Source of the DNA: Thermodesulfovibrionales bacterium
GTDB lineage: Bacteria; Nitrospirota; Thermodesulfovibrionia; Thermodesulfovibrionales; SM23-35
DNA: 64,000 bases
Reading direction: 5' to 3'
Assembly (NCBI GenBank): GCA_963715195.1
Contig: CAVQRT010000031.1
Location: 271,143 to 335,142, forward strand
The notes under the pieces are model-generated. The model was not told the DNA's origin. It ran no database searches and worked only from the letters and a program-made list of their open reading frames with translations. The position numbers were made by a program, and so were the translations under genes. Shown piece by piece: positions 9,347-19,781 of this stretch (positions are counted from its first letter, which is position 1; each line of letters starts with the position of its first letter).

Positions 9347-9589
9347 ATGCCTGTTTATGAATATAAATGTGAAACATGCGAATATGTATTTGAAGTGAAC
9401 CATGCAATGAACGAAAATCCGGCTGTGTTCTGTCCGGAGTGCAATGCAAACGCCATGAAGATTATTACCGGAGGAACGGGGTTTATTATGAAAGGCTCTC
9501 ATCATAAGGGTACCGGCATCCAGTGCGGAAGGGAACAGACATGCTGCGGAAAAAGCACCCCGTGTGAAACACGACCGTGTGACAAATAA
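9347..9589 (+). CDS. FmdB-family zinc-ribbon protein
   Basis: MPVYEYKCETC...CPEC motif, Cys-rich tail. Confidence 0.85.
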   Translation: MPVYEYKCETCEYVFEVNHAMNENPAVFCPECNANAMKIITGGTGFIMKGSHHKGTGIQCGREQTCCGKSTPCETRPCDK

Positions 9590-9613
9590 GATGACAAGAG
9601 GAGGAATAATCCA

Positions 9614-10483
9614 TTGATCATATCGATTGCAAGCGGGAAAGGCGGCACCGGAAAGACCACTGTTGCGGTGAATCTTGCCTTATCGCTTCAGAATGTCCAG
9701 TTTCTGGACTGTGACGTGGAAGAACCGAATGCGCATCTTTTTCTGAAGCCAAAAATGCACTCGAAGAAAATTGCTACTATCCCGGTACCCCAGGTTGATG
9801 AAACGCGATGTGATTTCTGTGGGAAATGCAGTGAGGTGTGCGCTTACAATGCGATTGCTGTTTTTCCGGGCAACGAAAACAGAATCGGGAGCGGTGTTCT
9901 GATTTTTCCCCATCTCTGCCATGGTTGCGGAGGCTGTACGCTCCTGTGTCCGCGTGGTGCCATCCATGAAGTGGACAAGGAAATAGGCGTGATTGAAAAA
10001 GGCACATGCGGGGCTATGCATTTTGTTCACGGCAAATTACATATCGGGGAAATTATGTCACCGCCTTTAATCAGACAGGTGAAGCTTTCTATTGACCGGT
10101 CACGCACAGTCATCATTGATGCTCCTCCTGGGACTTCCTGTCCTGTTATCGGCTCGGTAAAAGGGAGCGATTTCTGCATCCTCGTCACCGAGCCGACTCC
10201 TTTTGGATTGCATGACCTCATTCTGGCGGTTGAAGTGCTTGAGAAAATGGAGATTCCCTTCGGGGTTGTGATAAACCGCTCTGATATCGGGGATAGCGGG
10301 GTGGACAATTTTTGCCGGGGCAGGAATATTCCTATCCTTATGCAGATTCCTTTCGACAAGGAGATTGCATTTCTCTATTCGAACGGCATCCCATTCGTCA
10401 CGGAAAAGGAAGAGTACATTCAGAAATTTGAGAATATGTTTGAAGCTATTGAAGCAGGCATCAGCGGGAAGGCTGCACGATGA
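9614..10483 (+). CDS. MinD-superfamily P-loop ATPase with ferredoxin insert
   Basis: SGKGGTGKT, DCDVEEPN, two CxxCxxCxxxC motifs, DAPPGTSCP. Confidence 0.9.
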   Translation: MIISIASGKGGTGKTTVAVNLALSLQNVQFLDCDVEEPNAHLFLKPKMHSKKIATIPVPQVDETRCDFCGKCSEVCAYNAIAVFPGNENRIGSGVLIFPHLCHGCGGCTLLCPRGAIHEVDKEIGVIEKGTCGAMHFVHGKLHIGEIMSPPLIRQVKLSIDRSRTVIIDAPPGTSCPVIGSVKGSDFCILVTEPTPFGLHDLILAVEVLEKMEIPFGVVINRSDIGDSGVDNFCRGRNIPILMQIPFDKEIAFLYSNGIPFVTEKEEYIQKFENMFEAIEAGISGKAAR

Positions 10484-10583
10484 ACGTTATCGACAGAATG
10501 CGCTTGCTTGATATTAAACCATATGTGCCGGATTTTGAACCGAGACAAGAAGTCGGAACCGGCTGGCTTGAGGGGACATTACC

Positions 10584-11432
10584 ATGAAACAGATAGTTGT
10601 TATAAGCGGAAAGGGAGGTACAGGGAAAACCGTCTTAACCGCATCTTTTGCCTCACTGGCCGGTAACAAAGTCATGGTCGACTGTGATGTGGATGCGGCA
10701 GATTTGCATCTTTTGTTGAAGCCGGACATAAAGGAACGGCATGAGTTCAGAAGTGGTGTAACCGCCAGGATAGACAGAGACATTTGTCAGGAATGCGGTG
10801 AATGTATTTCAGCCTGCCGATTCGAGGCAATAAGTGAAGATTTCAGGGTAGATCCAGTCTCATGTGAGGGATGTACTGTCTGCAGCCATGTTTGTCCCGC
10901 AGGTGCGGTCATAATGGAAGAAAATATTTCAGGAGAGTGGTACATTTCAGAGACAAAATACGGTGCTCTTGTGCATGCGAAATTGGGCATCGCCGAAGAA
11001 AACTCGGGCAAGCTCGTTGCGAAGGTGCGTCAAATTGCAAAAGATATAGCCGAGAAAACAGAGAGAGATTACGTGATAATTGACGGCCCCCCCGGCATCG
11101 GCTGTCCTGTCATTGCAGCAATCACCGGTGTTGACCTCGCACTCATTGTAACAGAGCCAACCCTGTCAGGCATGCATGACATGGAAAGGGTGGCACAGGT
11201 GTCGAAACATTTCGGGATTCCAACGAAAGTGGTTATCAATAAATACGACTTGAATCTGAAAAACAGCGAAACTATCAGAAAGATGTGTGACCAGGCAGAT
11301 ATGGAAGTGGCAGCACTTCTGCCGTTTTCCCGGCAGGTTAGTGAATCAATCGTTCAGGGAATTCCTCTCGTCGAATTCAGCAAGAACGGAATATCCGGGG
11401 ACATCGCTCTGCTCTGGGAGAGGATCAGATAA
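10584..11432 (+). CDS. MinD-superfamily P-loop ATPase with ferredoxin insert (paralog)
   Basis: SGKGGTGKT, DCDVDAAD, two CxxCxxCxxxC motifs, ENSGKLV, DGPPGIGCP. Confidence 0.9.
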   Translation: MKQIVVISGKGGTGKTVLTASFASLAGNKVMVDCDVDAADLHLLLKPDIKERHEFRSGVTARIDRDICQECGECISACRFEAISEDFRVDPVSCEGCTVCSHVCPAGAVIMEENISGEWYISETKYGALVHAKLGIAEENSGKLVAKVRQIAKDIAEKTERDYVIIDGPPGIGCPVIAAITGVDLALIVTEPTLSGMHDMERVAQVSKHFGIPTKVVINKYDLNLKNSETIRKMCDQADMEVAALLPFSRQVSESIVQGIPLVEFSKNGISGDIALLWERIR

Positions 11433-11435
11433 TTT

Positions 11436-12368
11436 ATGAAACATGTATATGGCCCCGTGCCCTCACGGAGGTTGGGCTTTTCCCTTGGGATAGATGTAGT
11501 TCCTTATAAGACCTGTACGCTTGACTGCATATATTGTCAACTCGGAAGGACAACCCAGAAAATGACAGAGAGAAAACACTATTCGGAAAAAGATGCTGTT
11601 TGCAGAGAAGTGCAGGAAACCTTGGACAAACAACAGCGTGTCGATTATATAACCTTCTCCGGTTCCGGTGAGCCAACCCTGAATGCTGAAATAGGTGCTC
11701 TCATCAGAGAGGTAAAAACGATAACGCCGGTGCCGGTGGTCGTTCTTACCAACGGAACCTTGCTTTTTCGGAAAGATGTTCAGGAAGATCTTGCAGGTGC
11801 TGATATTGTAATGCCTTCTCTTGATGCCGCTTCTCAGAAGGTGTTTGAACGTATCAACAGACCTCACAAGTCTCTCGATATACAGACAATTATTCATGGG
11901 CTCACAGCATTCAGGAAACGGTACACCGGACAGGTATGGCTGGAGATTATGTTTGTGGACGGTTTCAATAATGATCACAACGAATTGCTTTTCTTAAAGG
12001 AGGCAGCATCAGAAATCGACCCTGATAAAATCTATCTTAATACCGTCGTAAGACCGCCGGCTGAAACATATGCAAAACCGCTCAACAAGGACGAGATGTT
12101 AACGCTAAGAAGTTACCTGGACCAACGCTGTGAAGTTATTGCAGAATTTCATGGGCAAAAAATCGAGGAAACTCAGAATGTTGATGAAGCAATTATCGAG
12201 ATGACCAGAAGACGTCCCTTAACCATTACCGATATAGCAAATGTCCTTGGCATCTCGGGGGTGAACGCTGAAAAATGGGTAAATGGTCTCGAAGAGTCGG
12301 GCAAGCTCAAAGAGCGGCAATATAAGGGAGAAAAATATTACTCGTATACAGTGGAACCGCAGAGATAA
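11436..12368 (+). CDS. Radical SAM protein with C-terminal HTH-like segment
   Basis: YGPVPSRRLG, CTLDCIYC, GSGEPTL motifs. Confidence 0.88.
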   Translation: MKHVYGPVPSRRLGFSLGIDVVPYKTCTLDCIYCQLGRTTQKMTERKHYSEKDAVCREVQETLDKQQRVDYITFSGSGEPTLNAEIGALIREVKTITPVPVVVLTNGTLLFRKDVQEDLAGADIVMPSLDAASQKVFERINRPHKSLDIQTIIHGLTAFRKRYTGQVWLEIMFVDGFNNDHNELLFLKEAASEIDPDKIYLNTVVRPPAETYAKPLNKDEMLTLRSYLDQRCEVIAEFHGQKIEETQNVDEAIIEMTRRRPLTITDIANVLGISGVNAEKWVNGLEESGKLKERQYKGEKYYSYTVEPQR

Positions 12369-12660
12369 CTGACAAGAACCGGGGGATGAAGCTTTCCGAA
12401 CTTGAGCGTTGGTTTGAAGTTTTCGACTGATCTTTCTCATTTCGGCAGTATTCGGAAAATAGTGTTTTAAAAATCATCAACCCGAAAAGCGCAGACATTG
12501 TTTTCGCCCCGGCGAATCCGCTGAGGCGGACAAAATTTATTTACCCCGATGATGTTTGCCTCACCGAATCCCCGAAGTGAAAAATAAAGTCAGCAAAACC
12601 AATTATTGAAAAACGACTTTTTCAGCGTCCCGTTAAAAATGTGCTTCTGCAGGACACAGG

Positions 12661-12711
12661 TTGACAAAGAGTCATTGTTTATAATAAAGTATATTGAGAC
12701 TCAATCTCAAT
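12661..12711 (+). promoter_or_regulatory. Promoter region with palindromic Fur-family operator
   Basis: TTGACA at 12661; ATTGAGACTCAATCTCAAT at 12693-12711 overlapping the start codon of second fur gene. Confidence 0.6.
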
Positions 12712-13171
12712 GGAAGAAGAAATATTCAGACAATATCTTGAGAAGAACGGGCAGCGGTTAACGAGGGAGAGGAATGCTGTTTTGGAGAAGGCTTTGTCGT
12801 GCAGGGGACACTTTGATCCTGAAACCCTTTACGTAGACATGAGGAAGAGGGGCATGAAGGCATCAAGGGCCTCCGTATACAGAACCCTCAATTTGCTGTG
12901 TGAATGCGGACTTGTGGAAAAAGTCAACAAAACAGAACACGGCACCATTTACGAACAGGCACTCGGCCGCCCTCATCACGATCATATGGTCTGTATTCAT
13001 TGCGGAAAAATTATAGAATTTTTTTCTGAAAGCCTCGAAAAACTGCAGGAAGAGATATGCAGTGAACGGGGATTCAGAGGGAAAAATCATACGCTTGAAA
13101 TTCGCGGATATTGCAAAGACTGTGAAAGAGGGAAAGACGTTGCGGAAGGAGAGAAAACATATGGGCGGTGA
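12710..13171 (+). CDS. Fur-family transcriptional regulator (second copy)
   Basis: SVYRTL, HHDHMVCIHC, CKDC motifs; heads feoAB operon. Confidence 0.9.
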   Translation: MEEEIFRQYLEKNGQRLTRERNAVLEKALSCRGHFDPETLYVDMRKRGMKASRASVYRTLNLLCECGLVEKVNKTEHGTIYEQALGRPHHDHMVCIHCGKIIEFFSESLEKLQEEICSERGFRGKNHTLEIRGYCKDCERGKDVAEGEKTYGR

Positions 13172-13424
13172 TCTCATGCCACTGATCTTGCTGAAGGAAG
13201 GCCAAGAAGGGATCGTGCATATGGTCTCTGGAGGATTGGGACTGATTGGCAGGCTTGCTTCTCTGGGGATAACTTCTGGTATGAGGGTCAAGGTGGTCAG
13301 GAATATTGGTGGACCTTTAATAATTACGACGAATGGTACAAGGATTGCCATAGGAAGGGGGCAGGCCCAGAAAATACTTATCCGGCGTTTGGCCGCCGGA
13401 ATGGTGCAAGCAGAGATTGCATGA
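13161..13424 (+). CDS. feoA: Ferrous iron transport protein A
   Basis: [10 protein letters not shown] and IAIGRGQA motifs; AAGGAG RBS; precedes feoB. Confidence 0.88.
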   Translation: MGGDLMPLILLKEGQEGIVHMVSGGLGLIGRLASLGITSGMRVKVVRNIGGPLIITTNGTRIAIGRGQAQKILIRRLAAGMVQAEIA

Positions 13425-15408
13425 CAGCAGGGAAAGACCTGCTGGTTGCCCTTGCCGGACAGCCAAATGTCGGCAAATCAACAGTTTTCAATCTGTTGAC
13501 CGGCCTGTCTCAGCATGTCGGTAACTGGCCGGGCAAGACGGTCGAAAAAAAAGAAGGTTTTTGTTCCACGAATGGCACAAGGATAAAAATCGTAGACCTT
13601 CCCGGCAGCTACAGCCTGACTGCCTATTCTGAAGAAGAGAAGAATAGCGAGAGACTTTATCATTAATGAACGGCCGGACGCGGTTGTTCTCATGGCTAAC
13701 GCCTCGGCACTCGAAAGAAGTCTATATCTCCTCGCGGAGTTTCTGCTTTTAAAAGCTCCGGTCATTTTTGCCCTCAATATGACGGATGTGGCGGAGCAGC
13801 AGGGGATCCGGATTGATGTCGGCCTTCTCGAAAAATACCTCGGGGTTCCTGTTATCCCCATGATCGCTTCAAAAAACCGGGGTACCAAAGCATTGATCTC
13901 CGAGATCCTTCTCCTTACAGAAGGAAAAAAGGAAAACAGGCCTTCTCTGGCCGAAGTTTCTGATGACCATAAAGAGATCTTTCTTGAGCTGGCCGATATT
14001 CTCGAACAATATATTACCCCGCCGTATCTGACAAAATGGACTATTACGAAAATTATGGAGGGTGATCCTGATATAACTGAGAAGATGAGCCGAACTGTCC
14101 GGCCCGATTCGTGGAACAAGGTTCAGGCCCTCTTGAGGAAACACGAAGATTCACTTCTTGCTGTCGTCAAGGGGCGATATGACTGGATTGAGGGCGCTGT
14201 TCGCGCTTCTCTTTCCGAGTTCAAGAGGGGGCAGATCCTTCTGACGGATCGACTGGATCATGTTCTCACGCGTCCTGTGTTTGGGATCCCGATTCTTCTG
14301 GGTGTTCTTGCCCTTGTTTTTTCGCTAACCTATGGCTTGGGGTTGCCGTTACAACAACTGCTCGAATCCCTCATGAACTCTCTTGCGGGCTGGGTCGAAC
14401 CGTTTCTCGGGAAATCATTCTGGCTGAGGGGAATCATCGTCGACGGTTTACTTGGTGGAGCGGGAACAGTTATGACATTTCTCCCGGTGCTTTTCTTTTT
14501 TTTTGCGGCCATGGCATTTCTCGAAGACGTGGGATATATGGCAAGAGCTGCTTTCGTCATGGACAGATTTATGCATGTGATCGGACTTCACGGGAAAAGT
14601 TTTCTTCCTTTCTGTTTGGGCTTCGGCTGCAATGTTCCGGCTGTCATGGGTGCGAGAATCCTGGAATCAGGCAGGATACGGTTCCTCACAATCTTCCTTA
14701 CGCCCTTTGTTCCCTGCACTGCTAAGCTGGCTGTCGTCACGCTTATTGCAGCTGCCATATTTGGGAAGACTGCGCTCATCATGTCGTGGGCGCTCGTCGC
14801 CGGAAACATTTTGATCCTCGGTTTTGCGGGCTTCATAGCGAGCAAGTTCCTTTTCAAAAAACAGCACATGCCTTTTATCATGGAACTTCCTTTTTATCAC
14901 AAACCGAACCCGAGAACGATAGGAATGGTTGTCTGGAAAAGGATTACAGCCTTTATCAGGAAGGCCGGAACGATTATTGTGATATTTTCCGTGCTTCTTT
15001 GGTTATTGTCTCATATTCCAGGCGGACATATCGAAGGCAGCATTCTCGGTTTGATAGGGCAGTCGATTGAGCCTGTCGGGCGGCCCAATAGGGCTTGACT
15101 GGAAGATGATCGTCGCGCTCCTGGCGAGTGTCACGGCGAAGGAAAACTCGATAGCAGCACTGGGGGTACTCTATGGTGTTGGAGAAGAGGGTATTAGGGG
15201 AATTCTGCCGACTGTGATGAGTCACGCATCAGCACTCTCTTTCCTCGTGATACTTATGCTGTTTGTACCCTGTGTTGCCACGCTCGTGGTCATGAAACAG
15301 GAGATGGGTGGATGGCGTTGGTTCTTGTCTTCTTTCCTCTTCATGCTTGTTCTGTCTTATGTATCCGGTATGGCTGTCTATCAGTTTGCTCTCATGGTCG
15401 GACTATGA
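13421..15408 (+). CDS. feoB: Ferrous iron transport protein B (two apparent +1 frameshifts, ~13641 and ~15085)
   Basis: [21 protein letters not shown] in first ORF; membrane domain with GFGCNVPA in next; C-terminal helices in third; fragments join after removing one base each. Confidence 0.88.
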
Positions 15409-15493
15409 CTTGTGATGTGTATGCTAATTTTTCTTAACCCCCGGATTGCTGTCTTCCATTGGATTGCCTTGCTGCGTAAGATTTTGAGAGGAA

Positions 15494-16633
15494 ATGATTA
15501 CATTCAAACAATTAAGAAGGCAGATTGAAAAGATCGGGAGAAAGAAGAGACCTTTCATCGCCTTGCAGATCGAACCTACTTCGAGATGCCAACTCAGATG
15601 TGTCATGTGTCCGAGGACTATTTTTTCAAGAGAATGGGATAACGGGGACATGCCTCTCTCTCTCTATGACAAGATAAGCACGTCTTTCCATCTTGTTGAC
15701 AATATTCATCTTCAAGGGTGGGGTGAACCGCTTCTTCATCCCGAAATTTCTCTCATGATTCAGAAAGCAAAAGCAGTGCCTTGCAGGACAAGTCTCACAA
15801 CAAACGGGGTCCTTCTTAGCGAGCCCGTATCACATGATTTTATCGAAAAGGGTCTCGATACTATCGTGATCTCTATTGCTGGAGCAGTGAGCGAAACGCA
15901 TGAGGCTATCCGCTGCGGTTCTCACTTCGGGCAGATTATCGATAATGTAAAAGTGCTGGCACATTTGAAATTGAGTATGAAATCCAAGACCCCCAAAATC
16001 GTGCTTTCTTTTCTGATGACAAAGAAAAATATCGAAGAGCTGCCTGAGGCAGTGCTGCTCGCGAAGGATACAGGATCGGATGAAATGGTCGCAACAAATG
16101 TGGATTACATAGCGGGACAATATCAGGATGATATGAAGATATTTTCCTGTAAAGAAGCAGACAGTGAATACAAGAAAATCGTAGAAAAAGCCTTGCGGAC
16201 GGCAAAAAAGGCAAAAATTACTTTTCGTGTTTATCCTCTGGAGATGGAAGAACTTATCATGTGCGAGATGAATCCGCTGAAAATCGTGTTCTTGTCACAC
16301 GATGGATGTGTCTCTCCTTGTGTTTATTTGAATCTGTCTAAAAAAGGATGGATTCCGCGGATATTTTGTGGAAATTATCAAGGGATACAGAAACAGTGCT
16401 TTGGATATGTCGGAGAGGATGACTTTGTCGAGATTTGGGAACGCAAAGAATACAAGAACTTCAGGGAACCCTATGTTAGGAGAATGGCTTTCAACAAGAG
16501 AGCATTCGATGTTATCGCTGACGTGCAATCTTCAAAGGCTGCTATGGATGAACTGGAAAAACTGGAAGCGGTGCTGAGAGATAATCCCTTGCCAGCGGTA
16601 TGCAGCACCTGCTATAAGGCTTACAATATTTAA
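15494..16633 (+). CDS. Radical SAM/SPASM-domain protein
   Basis: CQLRCVMC, GWGEP, Cys-rich C-terminus ending CSTCYK. Confidence 0.85.
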   Translation: MITFKQLRRQIEKIGRKKRPFIALQIEPTSRCQLRCVMCPRTIFSREWDNGDMPLSLYDKISTSFHLVDNIHLQGWGEPLLHPEISLMIQKAKAVPCRTSLTTNGVLLSEPVSHDFIEKGLDTIVISIAGAVSETHEAIRCGSHFGQIIDNVKVLAHLKLSMKSKTPKIVLSFLMTKKNIEELPEAVLLAKDTGSDEMVATNVDYIAGQYQDDMKIFSCKEADSEYKKIVEKALRTAKKAKITFRVYPLEMEELIMCEMNPLKIVFLSHDGCVSPCVYLNLSKKGWIPRIFCGNYQGIQKQCFGYVGEDDFVEIWERKEYKNFREPYVRRMAFNKRAFDVIADVQSSKAAMDELEKLEAVLRDNPLPAVCSTCYKAYNI

Positions 16634-16727
16634 GATTTTTCGATAATTTTTTAAAAATGTTTTACAATGGACCGTACTACTTTTTTAAAGTGATACCGGT
16701 AAGTCTTTCTGAAAGGTGAGAAAACAT

Positions 16728-17516
16728 ATGGAACTGGATGAAGTTGTCATAACGAAGGCGATTGTCGATCAATTCTGCAAAAAGCTGACCAATCATCTTG
16801 AAACTGATGTCGCTATTGTAGGGGGTGGACCTTCAGGTCTTGTCGCCGGTTATTTTTTGGCAAAAGCGGGCAGGAAAACCGTTCTGTTCGAACGCAAGCT
16901 GAGTGTGGGTGGCGGTATGTGGGGTGGCGGCATGTTATTCAACGAAATTGTAGTTCAGAAAGCCGCAGTTCGGATTCTTAAAGAATTTGGAATAACGTAC
17001 TGCGAATTTCAGAAAAATTACTATACTGCGGATTCCGTTGAGTCGATTTCCACGCTTATTTCCAGGGCGGTGCAGGCCGGTGTGACGATCTTTAACTGCA
17101 TCACTGCCGAAGATGTGCTGATGCGCACGTCACGCGTTACCGGTCTGGTGCTGAATTGGTCGGCAGTCGAAATGGCACGCCTTCATGTCGACCCACTGGC
17201 TGTTCGTTCCCGCTTTGTCGTCGATGCCACGGGCCACGAAACTGCGGTGGTCAGACTGGTTCAGAATAAAGTGCCCGGGACGCTGAAAACTCTAAGCGGG
17301 AAAGTAGAGGGAGAGAAATCGATGTGGTCGGATAAGGCCGAGAGCCTGACGCTCAAAAATACGAGAGAAGTTTTCCCCGGTTTATATGTGGCCGGCATGG
17401 CTGCAAATGCGACATTTGGAGGACCCCGCATGGGGCCGATATTCGGGGGGATGCTCCTTTCAGGCGAAAAAGTTGCAAAGCTGCTTTTGCAAGCACTTTC
17501 ACAGAAATCCAAATAA
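16728..17516 (+). CDS. thi4: Sulfide-dependent ADP-thiazole synthase (Thi4 family)
   Basis: [38 protein letters not shown] motifs. Confidence 0.93.
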   Translation: MELDEVVITKAIVDQFCKKLTNHLETDVAIVGGGPSGLVAGYFLAKAGRKTVLFERKLSVGGGMWGGGMLFNEIVVQKAAVRILKEFGITYCEFQKNYYTADSVESISTLISRAVQAGVTIFNCITAEDVLMRTSRVTGLVLNWSAVEMARLHVDPLAVRSRFVVDATGHETAVVRLVQNKVPGTLKTLSGKVEGEKSMWSDKAESLTLKNTREVFPGLYVAGMAANATFGGPRMGPIFGGMLLSGEKVAKLLLQALSQKSK

Positions 17517-17542
17517 CCCGTTTCGTTGCAGAGGTGCTTTTC

Positions 17543-18391
17543 TTATATCTGAAGAACTGTTCCGGTCTGCAGATGCTGCAACTTTTCTCCAAGCACACTC
17601 TTGAGAACAGCATATGCTTTCTGACATGTGCAATGCCCCGTATACATTGACTGAATCGGATAGCGAAGAGTCTCTTTAGCGATGTTCTGTATATCAGTTT
17701 TACTGTCTGCCAGAGAGTTGCGCTTCGGCAGGCATATCAAATGAAAACCCCCTATGACTGCCTTGATAGGCAGTCCGGGGAATTTCTCTGCGACAGTATC
17801 GACCATGTTCAGCACGCCGTTATGGGAGCAGCCTGTAAAGATTACCAGATTACCGTTTTCTCTGACAGCCATGATAAGCTCATGGTCAAAATTATCTAAA
17901 CTCCAGCGGGTGCCTTTCCTGGTATATAAGGATCTGTTCCCTTTTGGTTTCGGGTATGCCGTGCCGATAGTCGGAAAGATGTATACACCGGTAAGAATTT
18001 CGGTAAATTTCTCTATATACCCAAACCTCGCAGCATATGTTTTAAATAAATCCCTGTCCAGTCCTATATATCTCCTGGGCAACAGCGATGCCTTAAAGTA
18101 ACACTCTCCGACCGGTGGCCTTTTAAGATAGACCTTTGCGCTCTGGTTCAACGCAAAAAACCGCTGCAATCCACCGCCATGATCGTAATGGTGGTGGGAC
18201 AATACAGCTGCGTCAGCAGCGCCCAGGTCAATTCCGAGTTTATCCGCATTCTGAGAAAAAGAATCTGATGCTCCTGTGTCAAAGAGAATCGCTTTATTAT
18301 CGAATGATATATGCAATGATAATCCGTGCTCTGCAGACAAACCAGTGTTGTTATCTGCCTGCGTATTTTCGATCAGGGTGGTAATGATCAT
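17543..18391 (-). CDS. MBL-fold metallo-hydrolase
   Basis: EHGLS, FDTG, SHHHYDHGGG, GCSH, GGFH, GHCT motifs. Confidence 0.88.
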   Translation of the reverse strand: MIITTLIENTQADNNTGLSAEHGLSLHISFDNKAILFDTGASDSFSQNADKLGIDLGAADAAVLSHHHYDHGGGLQRFFALNQSAKVYLKRPPVGECYFKASLLPRRYIGLDRDLFKTYAARFGYIEKFTEILTGVYIFPTIGTAYPKPKGNRSLYTRKGTRWSLDNFDHELIMAVRENGNLVIFTGCSHNGVLNMVDTVAEKFPGLPIKAVIGGFHLICLPKRNSLADSKTDIQNIAKETLRYPIQSMYTGHCTCQKAYAVLKSVLGEKLQHLQTGTVLQI

Positions 18392-18795
18392 AAATCACAC
18401 TGTCTTTTTAATCCGGTAAGAGGCTTAATATCCAAGATAGGTGTTCTGTTTACCATATCCAGGCCTTTTACATAAACAACATTTTCTTCAATACCAGTGA
18501 CTCTGAGAACTGACATGCCTATGGGATTAGGCCTTATGGGTGAACAGGTACTGAAAACACCGAGTTGTTCCATTCGATGCGGAGGTTTCTGGACGAGATG
18601 ATCTGCGGTAAACTCCCGGCTCTGATGAAAATTGAAAAGAACAAGGATATCCTGCCCTTTCTGAATATCCTTTAAACCTTTTTTGTACGCTTCCTCAATG
18701 ACGATTTTCCCTGGAACATCGGAAAGTGTCCAATGGCGGGGTATTGCGACGGCATCTGTTTGTACAAAACCGATAGGCTTGAATTCGATGGCCAT
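18388..18795 (-). CDS. trmO: TrmO/TsaA-like SAM-binding methyltransferase domain protein
   Basis: KPIG, GVFSTCSPIRPNPIG, TPILDIKP motifs. Confidence 0.8.
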   Translation of the reverse strand: MAIEFKPIGFVQTDAVAIPRHWTLSDVPGKIVIEEAYKKGLKDIQKGQDILVLFNFHQSREFTADHLVQKPPHRMEQLGVFSTCSPIRPNPIGMSVLRVTGIEENVVYVKGLDMVNRTPILDIKPLTGLKRQCDL

Positions 18796-18888
18796 ATTTT
18801 CCTCAAGCGAAGAAAAGATATTTGCCATAACTATACACAATCTTATTGGGTTTGCACAAAAAAAGCAGCACATAGGGAAAAGAACACC

Positions 18889-18918
18889 TTGCTATTGTTA
18901 TGGGCATATGCTTATAAT
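18889..18918 (+). promoter_or_regulatory. Promoter with palindromic operator upstream of DUF134 gene
   Basis: TTGCTA (18889)-18 bp-TATAAT (18913); palindrome TTATGGGCATATGCTTATAA at 18898-18917. Confidence 0.65.
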
Positions 18919-18923
18919 TAAAT

Positions 18924-19256
18924 ATGTCGAGACCGAGAAAATGCAGAGTCATTCAATGCAAACCCGATGCAACATATTTTAAGCCACGGGGGATACCGTT
19001 AGTGGATCTCGATGAGATCAGCATTTCGATTGATGAGCTTGAATCAATAAGGCTTGCGGATTTCGAGGGCCTTTATCATGAAGACGCCGCTCTGAAAATG
19101 AAGATCTCGAGGCAGACATTCGGGAGAATCCTCAATGAAGCGCGCAGAAAAGTTGCCGAGTGCCTCTTGAAAAGTAAAGCCTTGAAAATAGAATTACCAA
19201 AAAAGGAGGAGCTGTATGAAAGCATGTTTTCCGGTAGCAGAAGTCAAAGGAATTGA
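18924..19256 (+). CDS. DUF134-family DNA-binding protein
   Basis: MSRPRKCR, FKPRG, ESIRLAD, MKISRQTF, ARRKVA motifs. Confidence 0.9.
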   Translation: MSRPRKCRVIQCKPDATYFKPRGIPLVDLDEISISIDELESIRLADFEGLYHEDAALKMKISRQTFGRILNEARRKVAECLLKSKALKIELPKKEELYESMFSGSRSQRN

Positions 19257-19596
19257 CAGTGAAATTTATGGTCATTTCGGTTCGGCCCCAGCGTTTATTA
19301 TAGTTGAGACTGACGATAATACAGTGACCACGATTAAGAACAACGATCAGCATCATGCCCACGGTGCATGCAACCCGCTGAAGAAATTTAACAACAATCA
19401 GGTTGACGCGCTCGTTGTTGGGGGAATTGGAATGGGAGCATTAAATGTATTAAATCAATCCGGCATCCGCGTATTCCAGGCCCAGGCTCCAACAGTGCAG
19501 GAGAATATCGTTTTCCTGAAGGCGGGAAACCTGCCGGAGTTTTCTCCACAGCATACCTGCGCAGGTCATGGTCATGGGGGTGGCTGCGGACATTAA
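19216..19596 (+). CDS. NifB/NifX-family cluster-binding protein
   Basis: HFGSAP, HAHGACNP, GGIG motifs; His/Cys tail. Confidence 0.88.
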   Translation: MKACFPVAEVKGIDSEIYGHFGSAPAFIIVETDDNTVTTIKNNDQHHAHGACNPLKKFNNNQVDALVVGGIGMGALNVLNQSGIRVFQAQAPTVQENIVFLKAGNLPEFSPQHTCAGHGHGGGCGH

Positions 19597-19628
19597 GAAC
19601 AGTCTCATGATAGTCTGCGTTTTTAATG

Positions 19629-19702
19629 CGTCATCCTGAACGAAGGCAAGGAATCTCCAATTCATAAGAGAATGGATACCCGACAAGAACCTCGGGCTGA
19701 CG
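19629..19702. repeat. Degenerate REP-like paired palindrome (GTCA family)
   Basis: cgtcatcctgaacgaagg...gaatc ... ggatacccgacaagaacctcgggctgacg. Confidence 0.5.
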
Positions 19703-19781
19703 TATAAGCGAGAAATCATTCAATATCATTGAATGTCGGACATAACTATATTTAGAAGTTAATGAAAACAAGGAGGTTATT

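Noticed and set aside
7386..19596. NifB/NifX genes as evidence of nitrogen fixation
   Set aside because: No nifHDK here; this domain family is common in non-diazotrophic anaerobes
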